The notes under the pieces are model-generated. The model was not told where the DNA came from and did no database searches. It saw only the letters and a program-made list of their open reading frames with translations. Shown here in pieces: positions 59,901 to 64,000 of a DNA stretch of 64,000 nucleotides. The stretch is from Azolla caroliniana (lineage: Eukaryota > Plantae > Polypodiophyta). The number at the start of each line of letters is the position of its first letter. The stretch's first letter is position 1. The translations under genes were made by a program, and so were the position numbers. The DNA is taken from contig JBHGNT010000003.1 of assembly GCA_043228905.1 (NCBI GenBank), forward strand, positions 24,862,001 to 24,926,000. The letters are read 5' to 3'.

Positions 59901-62900
59901 GACACAGTTTTGGAGGTATTTCTCGCAAGCAATCAGTAGCTATCACTATGAAGGATTTTCCAGATAAGAATTTGAACAATCTTGGACAGGCCATGGATGT
60001 GTTGACATCATCTATAAAACCCCTTTATGATGAACTTACTTGGAACTTTTCAGAACCAGACCAAATTCAGGTTGAGCTTCGCCAGGTATATTCTTTGGAC
60101 ATCATTCCCCATCAGAAACATCTATCATAATACAAGTATGGAAGCTAAATATAGTTTAATACATCAAAATGTCTTTAAATCTCGCACAAATCCAATATCT
60201 ACTCTTTTTTTATTTACTTCATTATCAGTACATACCAATGTATGATGCCTCTTACATTTGTTATACCAATAATCCAAGATGATCCATCTTTCCATAAAAG
60301 TGATTAGCTTTGCTCTTTGTAAAAGAGCTCCCAAAGTTCAAGTATAATATTCTTCATTGTCAGCCATAACTACTGGTATCTGTAAGAAAAGGCAAGACAT
60401 GAAATAAATAGGCCCCAAGGAGCAAGAAAGTCACAATTATGTGCTCCTTTCGCATGTTATAGATATAACAAATCCAAGTATCTGATGTGTTCTCTACATA
60501 AACTGTGTAAGTTCAAATACAATCATATGTTGTGAACATTTCAGAAATAGCTTTGAATGCAAGGTGATTACCTGGTCATTCAGTGTGAGATACTCCTCTG
60601 CAAGAATACCTACAACATGTTTTGAAAAGATTAGAATGCAGACCAAAATAACATATAGAAGGATTGAAAACAAACTTCTATATACAATCAAGTGACATAT
60701 TTTAAATAAGTTTTCAATCTATTATGTCAAGTGACTTATATTTTTTTATCTGCAGCATGATTTCTGCGAACGTCCTTTCATCCCAAAAACTCTAAGAACT
60801 GGAACTGATCCAAACGTATACGGAAATTGGTATGTGTGGGGATATCGGTCCATATCAAGATGTTGTTTGGATACAGTTGGATTATTTATTGGCACAAATC
60901 TCAGCAAATATTATCTTCCTGACAACTGGGGATTTGACATTCTTCCCTGCTACAAGCTTTCTCCAATGGACTGCTTCCAAGAAGGAAAGGCTTTTGACTA
61001 TCCCCAGGCCTTACAACAGCTTGAACAGCTAGGTGTTTTGCAGATCCCCTAAAATAAGCATAATTTAAGTTGAGGATGTCTTCACAAGAACACATGACCT
61101 TTTTCTTATTTTTGTGGATGGAAGCTAACTGTAAACTAACAAACTTTACAAAACCGTCTATGAAAGTGACTTCAATTTTACTGTACAATACACCCTCACT
61201 TTATGTTGTTTTTTTATGTTTCCTATAGAAACAAAAGCTAAATGAATCCAAGTAGCTTTACAATAAAGTTTTTCCTTTAGAGGACAGTCTTTCATGGTAA
61301 ACATGGACACATGTCATGTAGATGAGAGTGTGTTTTAGCCTCCACATTAAGATTTCAAAGTTCTGAACTTCTTTGCAGTTATAATAAATGCCACCCTGAA
61401 TGCAACTTTGAATCAACTAGTAGTGGGAGTTGAGAAGCTTACAAACAATTTATGCTTCAATCAGTTGCAAACTAAACTGAAGAGCAACCCCAAAAGTATC
61501 GGTGTGACAGCCACATTGTCACAAGAAGAGATTGAAAGTGTAAGAACTTACAGTATAAAGGTTAGATATGTGGTTTGATCATTGCTATTAATTGCTGACA
61601 TTGAAAGTTCCAACACTTTACAGATATTGACAGGTATTAAGACAGTTATAATATTTTTTGCCTCTTGGGGTTACAATTGGAGACCCTCATATAAGAACAT
61701 GAGCAATGAAGAGGTCAGTCCAAGCTTTCAAAACATAATAGGCTTGAGCTGAGGCTTAATCATGATTTCTTATTTATTTTTCGAATTATGTAGATTCTTA
61801 ACTATTTCAATAAGGCCATAGACTTCTCAAAGAACACAAGTATCACCAATCCAGCTGTAAGAAATCATTTTTTTCTGAAGTAAAGAATGTGTCGTTTTTT
61901 AATTAAGTGACAAACTGTAAGTGCAGGTTAAATTACCATCCCTTCACATCCAAATTCTTCAAATATTCAGAAACTTAACAAACATTTATAGATAGAGAGA
62001 TGGGTGGAGTTCAGGCATTCATGCTAGTTCAAGAGAAATCAACACATGAACAAAATCCACTTGTTATTATTCATATGATTACCATTATTACAGGTACAAT
62101 ACTGCATAACTGAACACAGACCCTGTTGTTTGACATGGTTTGGAGCAACTTCACCAGTCGAAGCTTCTTTTGGTAGTGTGAATTATGATCAATCCGGGGA
62201 AATATCCAAGGTAACTAAAAGACATGTACTTTTGTCATTTGCTTTGTCTAGTTTTTCTAAGCAGACTTGATCATAATAATTAGATTGGATCCTTGAGGTG
62301 GGGAGCCAACAACTGGAACCAGAACCACCCCTTGTGGGTAGAGTATATTGCAACAAGGCTCAACACCAGTTTCAATGATGAGCAAAGGAAGAGCTTGGTC
62401 CTTTCCTGGGAAAACCTCATGGTTAAAAATCTTTCCCCATTGCATGCCAACAGAGATGGTACAAACTTTAGCGCAGGAGCTATCTTTGAAGATTATCAGG
62501 TCCAGTTCACAATATGGGTATGTATTAGGATCAGTTAAAGGTAACAATTGCATGTAATGAATTGATCTGAAATAAATGTTTCTTAGGAGGTGCTGCCTAT
62601 TCAAGAATATTTATTCTCATTGACTATCTAGTTCACTATAACTGCTGAGTCATTACAGTGCCGTGAGTTCAGATAACTTTTGAGAGGGATGAACTATGGA
62701 CCTTGCAACAGTAAACAACCTTCAACATTCTGATAATCAATTAGAATTGGCCCTGTACATACATCTCAGTACATATTACAGTTTCCAATATACTGAGTAA
62801 CAAAAAATGGTATATGTAGAAAGAATATCAAAACTCCTAGCCTAAGTACATTATTGAATTAGTTTTATGTACAATGAACATTATCCAATATCAGTTTAAG

Positions 62901-63950
62901 AAAACATTGACATGTAGAGACAATATCAAAACTCCTTTTCCATGACTAAACGGAAGTAACAGAATAAAAAGATTTAACTTCGCATTTAAATGCCACGAAA
63001 CAGGAATCAACATACCCCATTCAGAAGCATCTTCATTCATAATTATGTTGGGTGATATGTAGCAGTACAAAATGTAATACAGACAACAAAATTGTTTTAG
63101 GTATCCTTTTCTTATCTTGTACGGATTATAAACTGAATATATAACCTGAATGTGAATATATATGCTAAAATAACACAGATCCAAAATGTCTTTTTAAACC
63201 AAATTTCAGTCAGTTCAAGGAAAGTTCCAAAAAACATGGAGTGAGATCTTATTGTTCAGAAATTCCAGGGTAATAAGAAAGCATTTCAGCATGTGTATTA
63301 TTAGATCAATTTTGATCCTGAAATTTTTGTTTTACGGATACACGAGCATGATTGCCATCTCCCAAGGTTTTTATACCTTCCACATCATACCAAATATGTG
63401 CATATATATTATGATCACAATTATTTGTGGCTTCAGGTTATCGATACTGTGTAAGACAGAGAGATAGAAATAAGAGTAAACGTGATATTAATGTCATCAA
63501 AGGGCCAAAACGCCCTATGAGACCAAAAGTTACATCCATTTGAAACTAACGGAGAGAGTGCATGTGGGTGTCGGTGTGCTTGCATGTACACAGAGGTCGA
63601 TAGAGGATGTACTACAAGATGCAAATAATGTTCCCATTTGGCAAATTATTTTGAGTGCTGGATTGGTATTTATTTACTCAGTCGCATGCTTCATCAACAT
63701 TCGTCATCGCATTCACTCACATGCATGGCTTGCCCTCATGGTAATAGAATATTTTCAATAACCCACTCTTGAAATTCTTATGAACTTCATTAGCTGAATT
63801 ACATAAAAATAAAATTTTGGAATTTTGATTATTAGGGAATTATTGTAGTCTTGTTCGCAATAATTGCGGGTTTCGGTCTAGTATCAGCTCTCGGCATAAA
63901 GCTCTCTCCTTTATCAGGATCAGTTGTACCATTCCTTGCTCTTGGTCTTG
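56949..63950 (+). CDS. Patched-like (PTCH-type) sterol-sensing-domain RND-family membrane protein, 5' half; continues beyond the window
   Basis: Exons 56949-56981 (candidate first exon), 59466-59572, 59664-59792, 59908-60085, 60756-61032, 61379-61539, 61624-61713, 61794-61856, 62094-62210, 62284-62517, 63594-63740, 63836-63950. All GT-AG, continuous frame, about 550 codons. TM1 and flank: YGSFVAAHP..FLIGILLLGSLCIGLLRAKEESNIENLWVD. ECD1: [70 protein letters not shown]. Confidence 0.9.
57093..57313. repeat. Imperfect tandem duplication in the putative first intron of the Patched-like gene
   Basis: TGTCATACTCAAATCTCCA..CATGCATTATTTTCA..TTTACCAAGGTTA at about 57093 and 57219. Confidence 0.7.
57400..59000 (-). 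mobile_element. Degraded LINE relics (L1-like endonuclease remnant and RTE-like 3' region) in the Patched-like gene intron
   Basis: The reverse strand at about 58020-58140 gives FSRID and SDHP (endonuclease motifs). 58275-58425 is homologous to the RTE 3' UTR at 9795-9970. Confidence 0.5.
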
Positions 63951-64000
63951 GTAAGTACTAAGCAGCTGCACTTAAAGCTTTTTAAACTTTGTTCTTATCA

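Noticed and set aside
59466-63950. Calling this gene plant NPC1
   Set aside because: No signal peptide or Cys-rich NPC1 N-terminal domain is visible before TM1, and the PMDCFQEG, GYxxRP and PFLALGLG motifs fit Patched better. A phylogeny is still needed.

Overview
AT-rich, intron-rich eukaryotic DNA from a land plant with flagellated sperm, probably a fern (inference from CFAP44, PLS-type PPR fragments and plant RTE/L1/Copia relics). I spliced four multi-exon genes by hand using GT-AG sites and frame continuity. (1) CFAP44/WDR52-like axonemal WD40 gene on the minus strand: 22 exons at 328-17664, continuing off the left edge, 5' end unresolved. (2) Complete RlmH-like SPOUT methyltransferase, 27451-30217. 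(3) Complete PAM2 + 2xRRM CID-type PABP-interacting protein, 39981-44929. (4) The 5' half of a sterol-sensing-domain transporter, about 56949 to the right edge, whose motifs and topology match animal Patched (PTCH) rather than plant NPC1. This is the most notable feature. Introns and intergenic DNA hold degraded LINEs, LTR relics, a MITE-like insertion and microsatellites. One CFAP44 intron also holds a 1.68-kb poly(A)-tailed retrocopy flanked by a 16-bp target-site duplication, joining PPR fragments to a processed nucleotide-sugar-transporter cDNA. All protein comparisons are from remembered reference sequences, not database searches.
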